Shown piece after piece: positions 30,528-40,796 of a stretch of DNA of 64,000 bases (within the stretch, counting starts at the first letter, position 1; the number at the start of each line of letters is the position of its first letter). Both the position numbers and the translations under genes were made by a program. The stretch spans positions 36,785 to 100,784 of the forward strand of contig JBBQTB010000001.1 of assembly GCA_038213375.1 (NCBI GenBank), read 5' to 3'. The stretch is from Bacteroidales bacterium. GTDB lineage: Bacteria > Bacteroidota > Bacteroidia > Bacteroidales > JAAUTT01. Under the pieces are notes generated by a model. That model did no database searches. It saw only the letters and a list, made by a program, of their open reading frames with translations, and was not told the DNA's origin.

Positions 30528-31892
30528 TTAATCTTTGATGATTCGAACGCTTGGATGATTCTTCAGATAATTTTTAATGATTTGCTGAACCTCCCTGTTA
30601 TCGGGATAGGATTTGATACAATCCGACAGATTTTCAGTATTTGAGATTGGGTCATCCGTTCCAATGTGTCCAAATCCCAGATATTTGCCATTTCTGATTC
30701 GAACAACGGTAAGTTCTGCTGAATGACGTCCTCTATCAATAATCCAGAAGTTTTCGGATTCAAATTCAAAAAGGTGGATTACCTGCTTTGCCCGCATATT
30801 ATATTCATCTGTACTTTCTTCACCCTTGCATGCCCCAAAACATTCGCGAATCTGGTATTGAAAACAACCTTCGGAACTATTATATAATCCGCTCAGTTTT
30901 TGGCAAAGCTTATATTTTTCAACCAATAAGGCCAGATATTGTTTAGCTTCCGCGGAATTATTAAACGACACAATTGGCAGATCAGCGCTACCTGAATTCT
31001 GGCCTACCTGAAAACGTACATAACCGTTTCCGTCAATGTAAGTGTAAATTCCAAAATGATGCATTGTTCGGCGCTGGGTTCTGTTGTATAGTGGTTTATG
31101 CTTCTTAATATCAAACGACTCTTTAAGCAGAGCTACCAACTCACTGCCTGTTAAATCGTACCCAATATCGGTAATATGAGATCTCATCTCCAATGCTTTT
31201 TTGGTTGTAGTATTGTTGAAATGTGAATTCACACGGTCGCGAATATCGTTGCTTTTGCCAATGTAGATAATATCTCCTTTTTCGTTAAGAAATTGATAAA
31301 CTCCGGTTTCATGGGGTAGTTTACTAATAATGGATGTGTCGAGGTTGGGATGCAGGTTCTTTTTCAATAGCGCTGTGGACGACCCTTTCATGTTCTCGCC
31401 GTTAGCAGAAAGAAGAATTTCGAAAAGCTTTACTGTGGCAAGGGCATCACCGGTGGCCCTGTGTCGGTCATTTACCAGAATGCCAAGATCGTCGCAGAGA
31501 TTTCCCAGACTATAGGAGCGTTTCCCGGGAATAAGCTTTCGGCTCATTTTCACTGTACAAAGAATATCGCGAATGTAATCGTAGCCTAACCGTGAGAATT
31601 CCTCGCGAACAAAATGGTAGTCGAAATTAACATTGTGGGCCACAAAAATACAGTTCTCGGTGATCTCAACAATACGCCTGGCAACCTCGAAAAACTTTGG
31701 CGCATCGGCCACCATTTCGTTGGTTATACCGGTAAGGTTAGTAATAAAATAAGGTATATTCCTTTCCGGATTTATTAACGTGGCAAACTCTTCCACCACC
31801 TTACTGCCATCGTGTATATATACGGCAATTTCGGTTATTTTTTCGTGCTTATGACTTCCTCCCGTTGTCTCTATGTCAATAATGGCATACAT
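30528..31892 (-). CDS. DEDDh exonuclease (Pol III epsilon-like) fused to a GIY-YIG nuclease
   Basis: DIETTG, VAHNVNFD and HRATGDA, then GVYQF...IYIGKS. Confidence 0.9.
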   Translation of the reverse strand: MYAIIDIETTGGSHKHEKITEIAVYIHDGSKVVEEFATLINPERNIPYFITNLTGITNEMVADAPKFFEVARRIVEITENCIFVAHNVNFDYHFVREEFSRLGYDYIRDILCTVKMSRKLIPGKRSYSLGNLCDDLGILVNDRHRATGDALATVKLFEILLSANGENMKGSSTALLKKNLHPNLDTSIISKLPHETGVYQFLNEKGDIIYIGKSNDIRDRVNSHFNNTTTKKALEMRSHITDIGYDLTGSELVALLKESFDIKKHKPLYNRTQRRTMHHFGIYTYIDGNGYVRFQVGQNSGSADLPIVSFNNSAEAKQYLALLVEKYKLCQKLSGLYNSSEGCFQYQIRECFGACKGEESTDEYNMRAKQVIHLFEFESENFWIIDRGRHSAELTVVRIRNGKYLGFGHIGTDDPISNTENLSDCIKSYPDNREVQQIIKNYLKNHPSVRIIKD

Positions 31893-31981
31893 GTTGGTAA
31901 AATTATTAAAAATCCAAAAGGAGACAAGTTAAAATAGATTATTTTCCATTCCTTAACAAATACTCATTATAAAGAATATTA

Positions 31982-33556
31982 TCAATTCTCCACACGTTGA
32001 AAATCTAAATCCTGAAAATCGAAACTAAAATCGGTGAGAGGCGAAATAGCTTTCATCTTTATTTGCGAGGTTTTTCCCGTGTTGGCAATAGTGAACATCA
32101 CAAATGCATCGGCATCCATAAACCGATCGTTCCATTTAACCACAAATGTATTGCCTTTGTAGGGAAATATAGGTCCGGTTAATCGCGGCGACCGCTTTGA
32201 ATCGAACCAAAGTTTGCCGTTTTTAACTGAAATAATAATATCGCCAAGCCATTTGTCGTTGTATATTCCAACATAAAGCGCCATATCCTGTTCAGTGAAA
32301 CTTAATTTTTGCCGGGCAACGAGAACATTTTCTACTTCGTTGAGAATTTTTTTGGCACTGGAATATGAGGATACTCTGTTTTCAGAGTTCTGTTTTATAC
32401 GATCAATACCTTTGATTCCTAAATAGCTATCCTTAATGGTATTGGTAATGGATATAAATGCAGCGCTCTCCTGTTGGTTCGTGAGAACAATAATGCCAAG
32501 TGTTAGCTCGGGTATAAGTGTTACCTGAGTTACTATGCCGGCCAGTCCGCCTGTATGCGATATCTGTTTATACCCTTTTATATCGTTTAATCTCCAACCC
32601 AATCCATAACTGGCAAAATGTGTATTATAAGCAGGTATTCCTTTAACTGGCATAATTGTCTGTGAAGTCCACATCTCGTCGTGAACCTCTTCGCTTAATA
32701 GGCGTTGAGTTGGCTCTATACTGATTATTCCTTTGTTCAAGTGCATTTTAACCCATTTGCATAAATCGGTAAGGTTGCTATAAATGCCACCAGCCGCATT
32801 GGTAGTTTCGCTGAAATCGCGCGTTATCACCTGCACCTTTCCTTTAAGCGGAGCGTGTGGATCAATAACGTCCGATTTATCCTTTATCCGGCTAAAAGAA
32901 GCCGAACTGCCTGTCATACCAAGGGGAAGCATAATCTGAGTTTCGATAAAGTCTTCCCAGCTCTTCCCTGAAACACGAGCAATAATCTCACCAGCTACTA
33001 CATATAGAAGGTTATCATAATCGTATTTCGTCCGGAAACCTGATACTGGTTTTAAAAACCGGAGATTGTAAATAACATCCTTTACGGTGAAGTCGTTCGA
33101 TGCAGGCCAAAACATCAGGTCGCCTGCGCCGAGACCCAACCCGCTGCGGTGTGTGAGCAAATCACGAATGGTAAATTCTTTCGTCACATATGGGTCATAC
33201 ATTTTAAATTCGGGAATATATTCGCTTACCTTATCGTCCCATTTCAATTTACCCTTGTCGACGAGTATGCCCAAAGCCGCTGTAGTAAAGGCCTTGCTGT
33301 TAGAGGCAATACCAAAAAGAGTATTTTCGTCAACGTTTTGTTTGGTTTGCAACGATCGAACGCCATACCCTTTGGAGTGAATAACTCTACCATCTTTTAC
33401 AATGGCAACAGCTATTCCGGGAACGTTAAATGTCTTCATAGTTCTATCAACCAACATATCCACTTCGTTGGATGTGATAGGTTGTGCATTTAACAAAGGT
33501 TGGGTTGCAATTACCAACCAAAGAAGAAAATAAGTACTAAAGACGAAATGTTTCAT
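31982..33556 (-). CDS. Serine hydrolase (beta-lactamase fold, DUF3471 C-terminus)
   Basis: SNSK (SxxK), YDN and HTGG motifs. Confidence 0.9.
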   Translation of the reverse strand: MKHFVFSTYFLLWLVIATQPLLNAQPITSNEVDMLVDRTMKTFNVPGIAVAIVKDGRVIHSKGYGVRSLQTKQNVDENTLFGIASNSKAFTTAALGILVDKGKLKWDDKVSEYIPEFKMYDPYVTKEFTIRDLLTHRSGLGLGAGDLMFWPASNDFTVKDVIYNLRFLKPVSGFRTKYDYDNLLYVVAGEIIARVSGKSWEDFIETQIMLPLGMTGSSASFSRIKDKSDVIDPHAPLKGKVQVITRDFSETTNAAGGIYSNLTDLCKWVKMHLNKGIISIEPTQRLLSEEVHDEMWTSQTIMPVKGIPAYNTHFASYGLGWRLNDIKGYKQISHTGGLAGIVTQVTLIPELTLGIIVLTNQQESAAFISITNTIKDSYLGIKGIDRIKQNSENRVSSYSSAKKILNEVENVLVARQKLSFTEQDMALYVGIYNDKWLGDIIISVKNGKLWFDSKRSPRLTGPIFPYKGNTFVVKWNDRFMDADAFVMFTIANTGKTSQIKMKAISPLTDFSFDFQDLDFQRVEN

Positions 33557-33682
33557 GGTGCCAATATTAAATATTTACGGTAATAATCCGATGTAGAAAC
33601 AAAGTGTAAATTATTTCATAAAAAATGCTATCTCTTTTCTGTACAACTATTAAATTTACGACATTAACCTAAATAAACCCAT

Positions 33683-34042
33683 ATGATAAACTCATTAAAC
33701 ATTGCATTCCAAGCGATAGATTGGACTATAATTCCAAGAACAGAACATAAAGGTACGCAAGGAATGGCGTATTGGCAAACACTTCAATTCCCAGGATTAC
33801 GAATCAGAATGGTGGAATATTCCAAAGGATATATTGCCGACCATTGGTGTAAAAGGGGTCACATTGTTCATTGCCTTGATGGTGAGTTTATAAGTGAATT
33901 GGAAAATGGGGAAAGTTTCCATTTAACCCAAGGTATGTCTTATGTGGTTTCAGATGAGTTAAGTTGTCACCGATCTATTGCAACATCAAGTGTAAGGTTA
34001 ATGATTATCGATGGAGACTTTTTGAAATTAAAAATGGAGTAA
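33683..34042 (+). CDS. DHCW-motif cupin protein
   Basis: ADHWCKRGH. Confidence 0.88.
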   Translation: MINSLNIAFQAIDWTIIPRTEHKGTQGMAYWQTLQFPGLRIRMVEYSKGYIADHWCKRGHIVHCLDGEFISELENGESFHLTQGMSYVVSDELSCHRSIATSSVRLMIIDGDFLKLKME

Positions 34043-34074
34043 ATTTCCAACAAATATATCATTAAAATACTTAT

Positions 34075-34467
34075 ATGAAAATCCATCACATAGCTATTTG
34101 GACAAACGACCTTGAGCGTTTACGAAAATTTTATACCACGTATTTTGGTTGTAGTTGTAATACAAAATATCGGAACGAATTGAAGCAGTTCGATTCGTAT
34201 TTTCTTCGATTTGATGACGGTATCCAACTCGAAATCATGCAAAAACCCGGAATTCCTTACAATGCAAATGATCCTATTCTTCAGGCGACAGGGTTTACAC
34301 ACATTGCCATTGAGGTTGATTCGAGACAAAAAGTACTGGATCTCACCGAACGGTTGAGGTACGAAGGTTATAACATTGTGTCGGAGCCCCGCCAAACAGG
34401 CGATGGTTATTTCGAAAGTTGTATCCTCGATCCTGATGGAAACAGATTAGAGATTTTATCGGTTTAA
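34075..34467 (+). CDS. VOC/glyoxalase family protein
   Basis: IHHIAIW, HIA and DPDGNRLE. Confidence 0.9.
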   Translation: MKIHHIAIWTNDLERLRKFYTTYFGCSCNTKYRNELKQFDSYFLRFDDGIQLEIMQKPGIPYNANDPILQATGFTHIAIEVDSRQKVLDLTERLRYEGYNIVSEPRQTGDGYFESCILDPDGNRLEILSV

Positions 34468-34529
34468 GTCGCACGTTTATGGAGTACCTTACCTCAAAAA
34501 CTATATCTTTGTAAAGTTTGTAAAAAGCT

Positions 34530-36260
34530 ATGAGTAATTTCATTGTTTCTGCCAGAAAATATCGACCAGCAACTTTTCATTCTGTTGTGGGACAGCAATC
34601 TATTACTACAACACTAAAGAATGCTATTCAAAACAATCATCTGGCACATGCCTATTTGTTTTGCGGACCCCGTGGGGTTGGTAAAACTACTTGTGCCCGC
34701 ATATTTGCTAAGACATTAAACTGTTTTAACCGAAACGCGGAAACCGAAGCCTGCAATGTTTGCGAGTCGTGCCTTTCATTTAATGATTCCCGTTCATATA
34801 ACATTCACGAACTGGATGCTGCTTCCAACAACTCTGTGGAAGATATTCGTAGTTTGATTGATCAGGTTCGAATCCCTCCGCAGGTAGGTAAATACAGTAT
34901 ATATATTATCGATGAGGTGCACATGCTCTCAACATCGGCTTTTAATGCTTTTTTGAAAACATTGGAAGAACCGCCTTCGCATGCTTTTTTTATTCTGGCA
35001 ACAACCGAGAAACATAAGATTATCCCTACTATACTTTCGCGTTGCCAGATATTTGATTTCTCCCGGATAAAAATTGAGGATACCGTCCACTTTCTGGAAC
35101 ATATCTCAAAAACAGAAAATGTAGAATATGAAATCGATGCCTTAAACGTCATAGCTCAGAAAGCTGATGGCGGTATGCGCGATGCATTGTCAATTTACGA
35201 TCAGATTGTTAGTTTCTCAGGAACAAAAATTACTTATAAAGGAGTAATCGATAACCTGAATATCCTCGACTACGAATATTATTTCAGAATGGTAGATGCT
35301 TTTTTGGAAAAAAGTATTTCCAAATCATTGTTACTATTTAATGACATTTTGGATAGGGGCTTTGACGGCCATAATTTTATCAGTGGTCTTGCCTCCCATT
35401 TTAGAGATTTATTGGTTTGCAGGGATCCGGTTACCATACAATTGCTTGAAGTAGGTGTTAATATCAAAGAGCAATACAAAACACAATCACAGCGATGCGT
35501 ACCGCAATTTATTTTCGAAGCCTTAACCGTTTGCAGCCAATGTGATGTGCAGTATAAGACGAGCAAAAACCAACGATTGCATGTGGAATTGGCCTTGATA
35601 TTACTCTGCAATATAGACATAGAAAAAAAAAACTCTAGTTTAAATCAAGCTTCCTCTGCAACACAATCGTCCGGATCAACCCCTCAGAACTCTTCAGTTG
35701 GTATCAGACCAATGGTATTGCCTGTTCAGCAAGGTAATTCTGTTCAGGAAGTTAAATCTACGCAATCGAACATACCTTCTTTTTCTATTAAAGATGGATT
35801 AAAGGGCAGTTCACTTAAAACCACTTTAGAAACTCCCGTAGAACAAAAACCGGAAGTTAAAGAAGCAGTTGAAAACTATGTAGTTTTATCTTCAACCTCA
35901 TTTACACATGAACAGCTTTCAGTTGCATGGGAAAAGTTTGCAGCCTCTTATAAGGACAATGATCCTCGCATGTTCAGCACGCTTACAACCCAGCATCCAA
36001 CATTAAAAGAAAACTTTCAGGTCGAATTTGCACTGAATAATCCTCTTCAGGAGGAAGAAGTACAAAAGATCAAAACGACTTTGTTAACTTTTTTGCAAAA
36101 AGAGTTGTTGAACAGTAATATAGAACTTGTGACAATAGTTTCCGAAACACCTCAGGGGAATAAAAAATTTTATACTGACAAAGAAAAGTTCGAACACTTG
36201 GCACAAAAGAATCCAAGTTTGCTTAAATTTAAACAACAATTTGGATTGGATTTCGGATAA
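34530..36260 (+). CDS. dnaX: DNA polymerase III subunits gamma/tau
   Basis: ARKYRP, GPRGVGKTT, Zn-binding cysteines, DEVHML and SRC. Confidence 0.96.
   Translation: MSNFIVSARKYRPATFHSVVGQQSITTTLKNAIQNNHLAHAYLFCGPRGVGKTTCARIFAKTLNCFNRNAETEACNVCESCLSFNDSRSYNIHELDAASNNSVEDIRSLIDQVRIPPQVGKYSIYIIDEVHMLSTSAFNAFLKTLEEPPSHAFFILATTEKHKIIPTILSRCQIFDFSRIKIEDTVHFLEHISKTENVEYEIDALNVIAQKADGGMRDALSIYDQIVSFSGTKITYKGVIDNLNILDYEYYFRMVDAFLEKSISKSLLLFNDILDRGFDGHNFISGLASHFRDLLVCRDPVTIQLLEVGVNIKEQYKTQSQRCVPQFIFEALTVCSQCDVQYKTSKNQRLHVELALILLCNIDIEKKNSSLNQASSATQSSGSTPQNSSVGIRPMVLPVQQGNSVQEVKSTQSNIPSFSIKDGLKGSSLKTTLETPVEQKPEVKEAVENYVVLSSTSFTHEQLSVAWEKFAASYKDNDPRMFSTLTTQHPTLKENFQVEFALNNPLQEEEVQKIKTTLLTFLQKELLNSNIELVTIVSETPQGNKKFYTDKEKFEHLAQKNPSLLKFKQQFGLDFG
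35623..35632 (+). other. A10 run: putative programmed slippage/frameshift site in dnaX
   Basis: G-A10-CTCTAGTTTAA at about codon 365; both alternative frames stop almost at once (TAG 35636-38, TAA 35641-43). Confidence 0.7.
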
Positions 36261-36340
36261 TGTAAATTACTTTTTACTAGTTTTAAAAAACGAAAAATTA
36301 AAAACAAATCACTTCATAATCAGTACTATATAATTAATAT

Positions 36341-37567
36341 ATGGAAGGTCAAAAAATCACCATTCAGAACAAAAAACTGGTTGTTCCCAATTCGCCAATC
36401 ATTCCTTTTATTGAAGGCGATGGCACAGGTCCGGATATTTGGGCAGCATCAGTTAGGGTATTCGATGCTGCTGTTGAAAAAGCATATCATGGTAAGCGCA
36501 AAATTTTCTGGAAAGAAGTTCTTGCCGGAGAAAAGTCTTTTAAACTGAAGAATGAATGGCTTCCAAAAGAAACCCTCGACACGATAAGGGAATATCTGGT
36601 GGCAATAAAAGGTCCTTTAACAACACCCATTGGTGGAGGCATACGGTCTCTTAATGTTGCCTTACGTCAGGAACTTGATCTATACGTTTGTCTTCGTCCG
36701 GTTCGTTATTATAAAGGTGTACCCACTCCTGTAAAAGACCCCACAACCACGGACATGGTCATTTTTCGGGAAAACACAGAAGATATATATGCCGGAATCG
36801 AATGGATGAATGGAACTCCGGAAGTGAAAAAGCTGGTTGAATTCCTTCAGAAGGAAATGAAGGTGACAAAAATACGTTTTCCAAATTCATCATCCATCGG
36901 CATTAAACCTGTTTCCGAGGAAGGCAGCGAACGATTGATTCGTTCCGCCATCGACTTCGCCATTGAGCAGGATAAACCTTCGGTAACTTTGGTTCATAAA
37001 GGAAATATTCAGAAATTTACCGAAGGCGGGTTCAGGGATTGGGGTTACGCTCTTGCAAAACGTGAATACGGTGCTGTGCCCATTGATGGTGGACCTTGGT
37101 GTTCGTTTAAGAATCCGAAAACAGGTAAAATTATTGTGATAAAAGATGTTATTGCTGATGCATTTCTACAGCAGATATTAACTCGTCCTGCAGATTATTC
37201 AGTAATTGCTACGCTAAACCTCAATGGCGATTATATTTCCGATGCCCTGGCTGCCATTGTTGGTGGCATTGGAATAGCTCCGGGAGCAAATATTAACTAT
37301 GATACCGGTCATGCTATTTTCGAGGCAACCCATGGTACAGCTCCTAAATATGCCAACAAGGATCAGGTAAACCCAGGATCTCTCATCCTTTCGGGAGTTA
37401 TGATGCTTGAGTACCTTGGCTGGGCTGAAGCTGGTGATTTAATTGTAAAAGGTTTACAGGCGTCAATTATCAAAAAACAAGTTACTTATGATTTTGAACG
37501 CCTTATGGATGGCGCAACAAAACTGAAGTGTTCCGAGTTTGGTGAAGAAATTGTAAAAAATATGTAA
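36341..37567 (+). CDS. icd: NADP-dependent isocitrate dehydrogenase
   Basis: [31 protein letters not shown] and HGTAPKYA. Confidence 0.96.
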   Translation: MEGQKITIQNKKLVVPNSPIIPFIEGDGTGPDIWAASVRVFDAAVEKAYHGKRKIFWKEVLAGEKSFKLKNEWLPKETLDTIREYLVAIKGPLTTPIGGGIRSLNVALRQELDLYVCLRPVRYYKGVPTPVKDPTTTDMVIFRENTEDIYAGIEWMNGTPEVKKLVEFLQKEMKVTKIRFPNSSSIGIKPVSEEGSERLIRSAIDFAIEQDKPSVTLVHKGNIQKFTEGGFRDWGYALAKREYGAVPIDGGPWCSFKNPKTGKIIVIKDVIADAFLQQILTRPADYSVIATLNLNGDYISDALAAIVGGIGIAPGANINYDTGHAIFEATHGTAPKYANKDQVNPGSLILSGVMMLEYLGWAEAGDLIVKGLQASIIKKQVTYDFERLMDGATKLKCSEFGEEIVKNM

Positions 37568-37574
37568 CCATAAT

Positions 37575-37709
37575 TCAATGTCGTTTAGTTAACAAAACTA
37601 CCCCCTCCCAACCCTCCCCCAATCGGGGAAGGGCTAAAGTCCCGCTCCGTTTGGGGAGGGACTTAGGGAAGGGTTAAGCAACAAATAAATTCTAAACTAA
37701 CGACATTGA
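37575..37709. mobile_element. MITE-like element with about 16-bp TIRs and 8-bp target duplication
   Basis: TCAATGTCGTTTAGTT...AACTAACGACATTGA flanked by ACCATAAT at 37567-74 and 37710-17; interior has CCCTCCCC/GGGGAGGG hairpins. Confidence 0.8.
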
Positions 37710-37752
37710 ACCATAATTTGTAAACAATAACCACACCTAAATCTTAAACAAT

Positions 37753-38259
37753 ATGTTAACAAAAAAAGTAGAAGAAGCTTTGGTTTCTCAAATTATGAAA
37801 GAAGGTTATTCATCTAACCTTTATCTTGCAATGGCCTCATGGACAGAATCAGAAGGTCTGGAAGGTATTTCGAAGTGGCTTTATATTCAAGCCGACGAAG
37901 AACGACTGCACATGTTAAAAATAGTTCATTACGTGAACGAGCGTGGTGGTAAAGCTGTAATACCGGCATTTGAGAAGCCACCGGTTGAATTTCCTGGTGT
38001 GAAATCAATGTTCGAAAAAGTACTTGCTCACGAAGAGTTTATCTCAGCATCAATTAACAACATTGTGGCTGTTTGTGATGCAGAAAAAGATTTTACAACA
38101 CAGAATTGGATACAATGGTTTGTAAACGAGCAAATACAGGAAGAAAAATCGTCCCGGACTATTCTGGATAAACTTAAAATACTGGGCGAAGGTAATCTTT
38201 ACTTGTTCGATCGCGACATCCTCAGTCTTCGCAAAGCTGAAGCCGTCGCCGAAGCATAA
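37753..38259 (+). CDS. ftnA: Non-heme ferritin
   Basis: SSNLYLAMASW, EERLHM, HEEF and WFVNEQIQEE. Confidence 0.93.
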   Translation: MLTKKVEEALVSQIMKEGYSSNLYLAMASWTESEGLEGISKWLYIQADEERLHMLKIVHYVNERGGKAVIPAFEKPPVEFPGVKSMFEKVLAHEEFISASINNIVAVCDAEKDFTTQNWIQWFVNEQIQEEKSSRTILDKLKILGEGNLYLFDRDILSLRKAEAVAEA

Positions 38260-38266
38260 TACAGAA

Positions 38267-38308
38267 TACAAGTATTAAGTTCTTATCAATAAGAACTTAA
38301 TACTTGTA
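38267..38308. terminator. Perfect 20-bp inverted repeat between convergent genes
   Basis: TACAAGTATTAAGTTCTTAT-CA-ATAAGAACTTAATACTTGTA. Confidence 0.75.
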
Positions 38309-38316
38309 AAAATCTC

Positions 38317-40278
38317 TTAATAAACCAATTGTTTTAATATAACTGGTTCTTCAGTTTTATTTTGCATCATACGTTGTTCAATAGCCATCAATATCAAATC
38401 GAGAACTTTTGAATAACTAATCCCTTCAATGCCTGCCATTTTAGCCAGATGACCATCCCAACACCAGCCTGGGTTTGGATTTACTTCAAGCAACTTTGGA
38501 ACACCATTTGCATCGAGTCGAAGATCGAACCGGCAATAATCGCGACACTCAAGGCGAGCTGAAAGCTTTACGCAATTTTCAATAATTGATTTTTCCACAT
38601 CATCAGGCAAATCAGCCGGTATGGAACGTAGCAATTTAAAATAAGGTGATTCGGGCATCCATTTTGCTTCGTATCCGCAAATTTTTGGTAAATCAGGCGG
38701 AAGCAGCGAAAAATCCTCTTCCACAATAGGAAGAACGGTGTATGATTCCGGCGGATTACCAATAATCCCAACACTAATTTCTTTACCTGTGAGAAACTCT
38801 TCAACAAGAATAGGGTTTTCGTATCCGAATTTCTGACGTATTTGAAGGATGGCATCGTTCAGTTCTTCAATAGAATTAGCAACACTCTCGCGTGTAATAC
38901 CAAAACTACTGTCTCCAAAGTTTGGTTTTGCAATTACCGGAAAATCAATTTGGAGATCGAATACATTATCATCAGATTTTACAAAGAAAGCTTCTGCAAC
39001 TGGTATACCCATTTCCTTAGCGATGCCTCGAATGAGTGATTTATCATAACAATAAGCCAAACATTGCGGACCAGAACCTGAATATGAAATATCAAGCATC
39101 TCAAGCAATGCAGGTACATGAAGTTCCTTGCGGGCTTCGTTATTAAAACCCTCATCACAAAGGTTTAGCACAAAATCAATCTTGTTTTTCTGTTTGAGCA
39201 GATCATTATAAAAATTATGATGAGCATTAAGATAGCTAAACTTATACCCGGGCAACTGACCTAATGCGTCTTTTAATCGTTCGATGGTCAAAAAATCATC
39301 TTCATCAAATACGCTGGAAGGTTTAATAATATCCGGGCGTCGTGGATCGCCCAAAAGAACAACCACATTTTTAATACCGTTTATTCGAACTTTTTCAGGA
39401 GCCCAATCTTTATTAACCTGTGCAGTAACAATAATGCGGCGTTCCATCATGCCCAAATCCTGGTTTCGTAAGGAATTAGTTTCTATCGAACCATGAAAAC
39501 TAATATTTTCATAACCTACATCTGAGAACATATCGTTTAGAATATCACGATTGTATAGTCGCTCAGCATAGAACTGATCAACTAAAACACCTTTCTCTAC
39601 ATGTGTAATCACTTCCCTTGAAATAAGTCGTTCATTATCTTTTGCAAGCGAACGTTCGCGACATACAAAATGTTTTTTATCGATCCATTCCCAGCTTCGG
39701 GGAAGGTAATTTTTCTTTAGATAAGCCCCATCAGCTACATCGATTAGAAAAATACCACCTGGTTTTAAAATACGGTACACTTCTTTCAGGATTTTTACAT
39801 CATCCTCTGTACTTTCAAAATACCCGAAACTATTGCCGAGAATCATCACAACATCAAACATATCGGTTTCGAAAGGAAGCTTTCTCGCATCGCCTTCTTT
39901 GAAGTTTACTTTCAACCCTTCCTGCTGCATGATAGATTTTGCTTTGCGAATAAGGTAATGAGAGCGATCCAGCCCGAATACCTTTGAATAACCCTGGCGG
40001 GCAAGTTCCAAAGAATGGCGGCCTTGTCCGCAGGCCAAATCAAGTATTACAGAATCTTTTGAAGCCTGAAGTATGGATGAGAACAGCCCAACTTCGCTTT
40101 TAGTAATTATTTTATCTTCAACAACATCTGCATCTGTTTTAAGGTACATGGAATTGAATATTCTACGCCACCAATCAGGCTGAAGATGCAATTCGAGGTT
40201 TGCTACAGGTCCGAGAACGGAATTCCCGTTCTTTCCATTTTTCTTAACAGACAGTACTTTGGTATTTCGTTTATTCAT
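38317..40278 (-). CDS. Class I SAM methyltransferase fused to a D-Ala-D-Ala ligase-like ATP-grasp domain
   Basis: LDLACGQGRH and GDAR in the N-half; KPNFGDSSFGI, EEFLTGKE, RFDLR and LEVNPNP in the C-half. Confidence 0.88.
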   Translation of the reverse strand: MNKRNTKVLSVKKNGKNGNSVLGPVANLELHLQPDWWRRIFNSMYLKTDADVVEDKIITKSEVGLFSSILQASKDSVILDLACGQGRHSLELARQGYSKVFGLDRSHYLIRKAKSIMQQEGLKVNFKEGDARKLPFETDMFDVVMILGNSFGYFESTEDDVKILKEVYRILKPGGIFLIDVADGAYLKKNYLPRSWEWIDKKHFVCRERSLAKDNERLISREVITHVEKGVLVDQFYAERLYNRDILNDMFSDVGYENISFHGSIETNSLRNQDLGMMERRIIVTAQVNKDWAPEKVRINGIKNVVVLLGDPRRPDIIKPSSVFDEDDFLTIERLKDALGQLPGYKFSYLNAHHNFYNDLLKQKNKIDFVLNLCDEGFNNEARKELHVPALLEMLDISYSGSGPQCLAYCYDKSLIRGIAKEMGIPVAEAFFVKSDDNVFDLQIDFPVIAKPNFGDSSFGITRESVANSIEELNDAILQIRQKFGYENPILVEEFLTGKEISVGIIGNPPESYTVLPIVEEDFSLLPPDLPKICGYEAKWMPESPYFKLLRSIPADLPDDVEKSIIENCVKLSARLECRDYCRFDLRLDANGVPKLLEVNPNPGWCWDGHLAKMAGIEGISYSKVLDLILMAIEQRMMQNKTEEPVILKQLVY

Positions 40279-40368
40279 TTCAGATAATACGGTTTTTTAG
40301 GATATTGATTTTAATAAATTTATAAGAATTACTTTACAAAAAAGTTTTGTAAAAACAACAAAATATAA

Positions 40369-40395
40369 TTAATCAACAAACTGTGGCGGATTCAT
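40369..40395 (-). CDS. Putative 8-aa leader peptide MNPPQFVD
   Basis: ATG AAT CCG CCA CAG TTT GTT GAT TAA after an A-rich initiation context, ending 90 bp upstream of the fusion gene. Confidence 0.35.
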   Translation of the reverse strand: MNPPQFVD

Positions 40396-40586
40396 AATGT
40401 TTGATTTTTTAATAAATTATGCTACAATAGTATTTTAATTTAAAATCAATGATTTACAATTAAAATACAAAAAAATAAACAAGCACAAATTTAAGATAAA
40501 AATAAACTGGAGAACAATAAAAAGAGTGGAAATATGTAAAGAAATTCCGAGAGTTATGAACAACTTTTTAACATAAATATAAAAAG

Positions 40587-40685
40587 TGGGTAAGCTACTT
40601 ACATCGCACCGCTCAACCGTCTACCCTTGCTTCCTTCCGAACCTGGGGGAGTTCAACAGGAGCTGGTCGTATAAGACTTACCCGA
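40587..40685 (-). ncRNA. ffs: SRP RNA (4.5S)
   Basis: Long hairpin closed by GGGTAAG/CTTACCC with the CAGG-TTC-GGAA-GGA-AGCA domain IV motif; TACTTTTG -7 promoter just upstream. Confidence 0.92.
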
Positions 40686-40796
40686 CGCAAAAGTATAAAT
40701 AATTTTGTAATCACAACAACGAAAACTAATCATTTTTACAACAGTCACGTAAAAAAACTGATATATTTGTGCAAACCTTTTTAAAACTATTTTTTT

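Noticed and set aside
30528-31892. Exonuclease/GIY-YIG fusion as a defence system
   Set aside because: This is a common Bacteroidota repair-type architecture with no defence-island context.
40526-40560. GTGGAAATATGTAA resembling the regulon box
   Set aside because: It is one base short, has a poor second box and has no -7 element at the 22-nt spacing.
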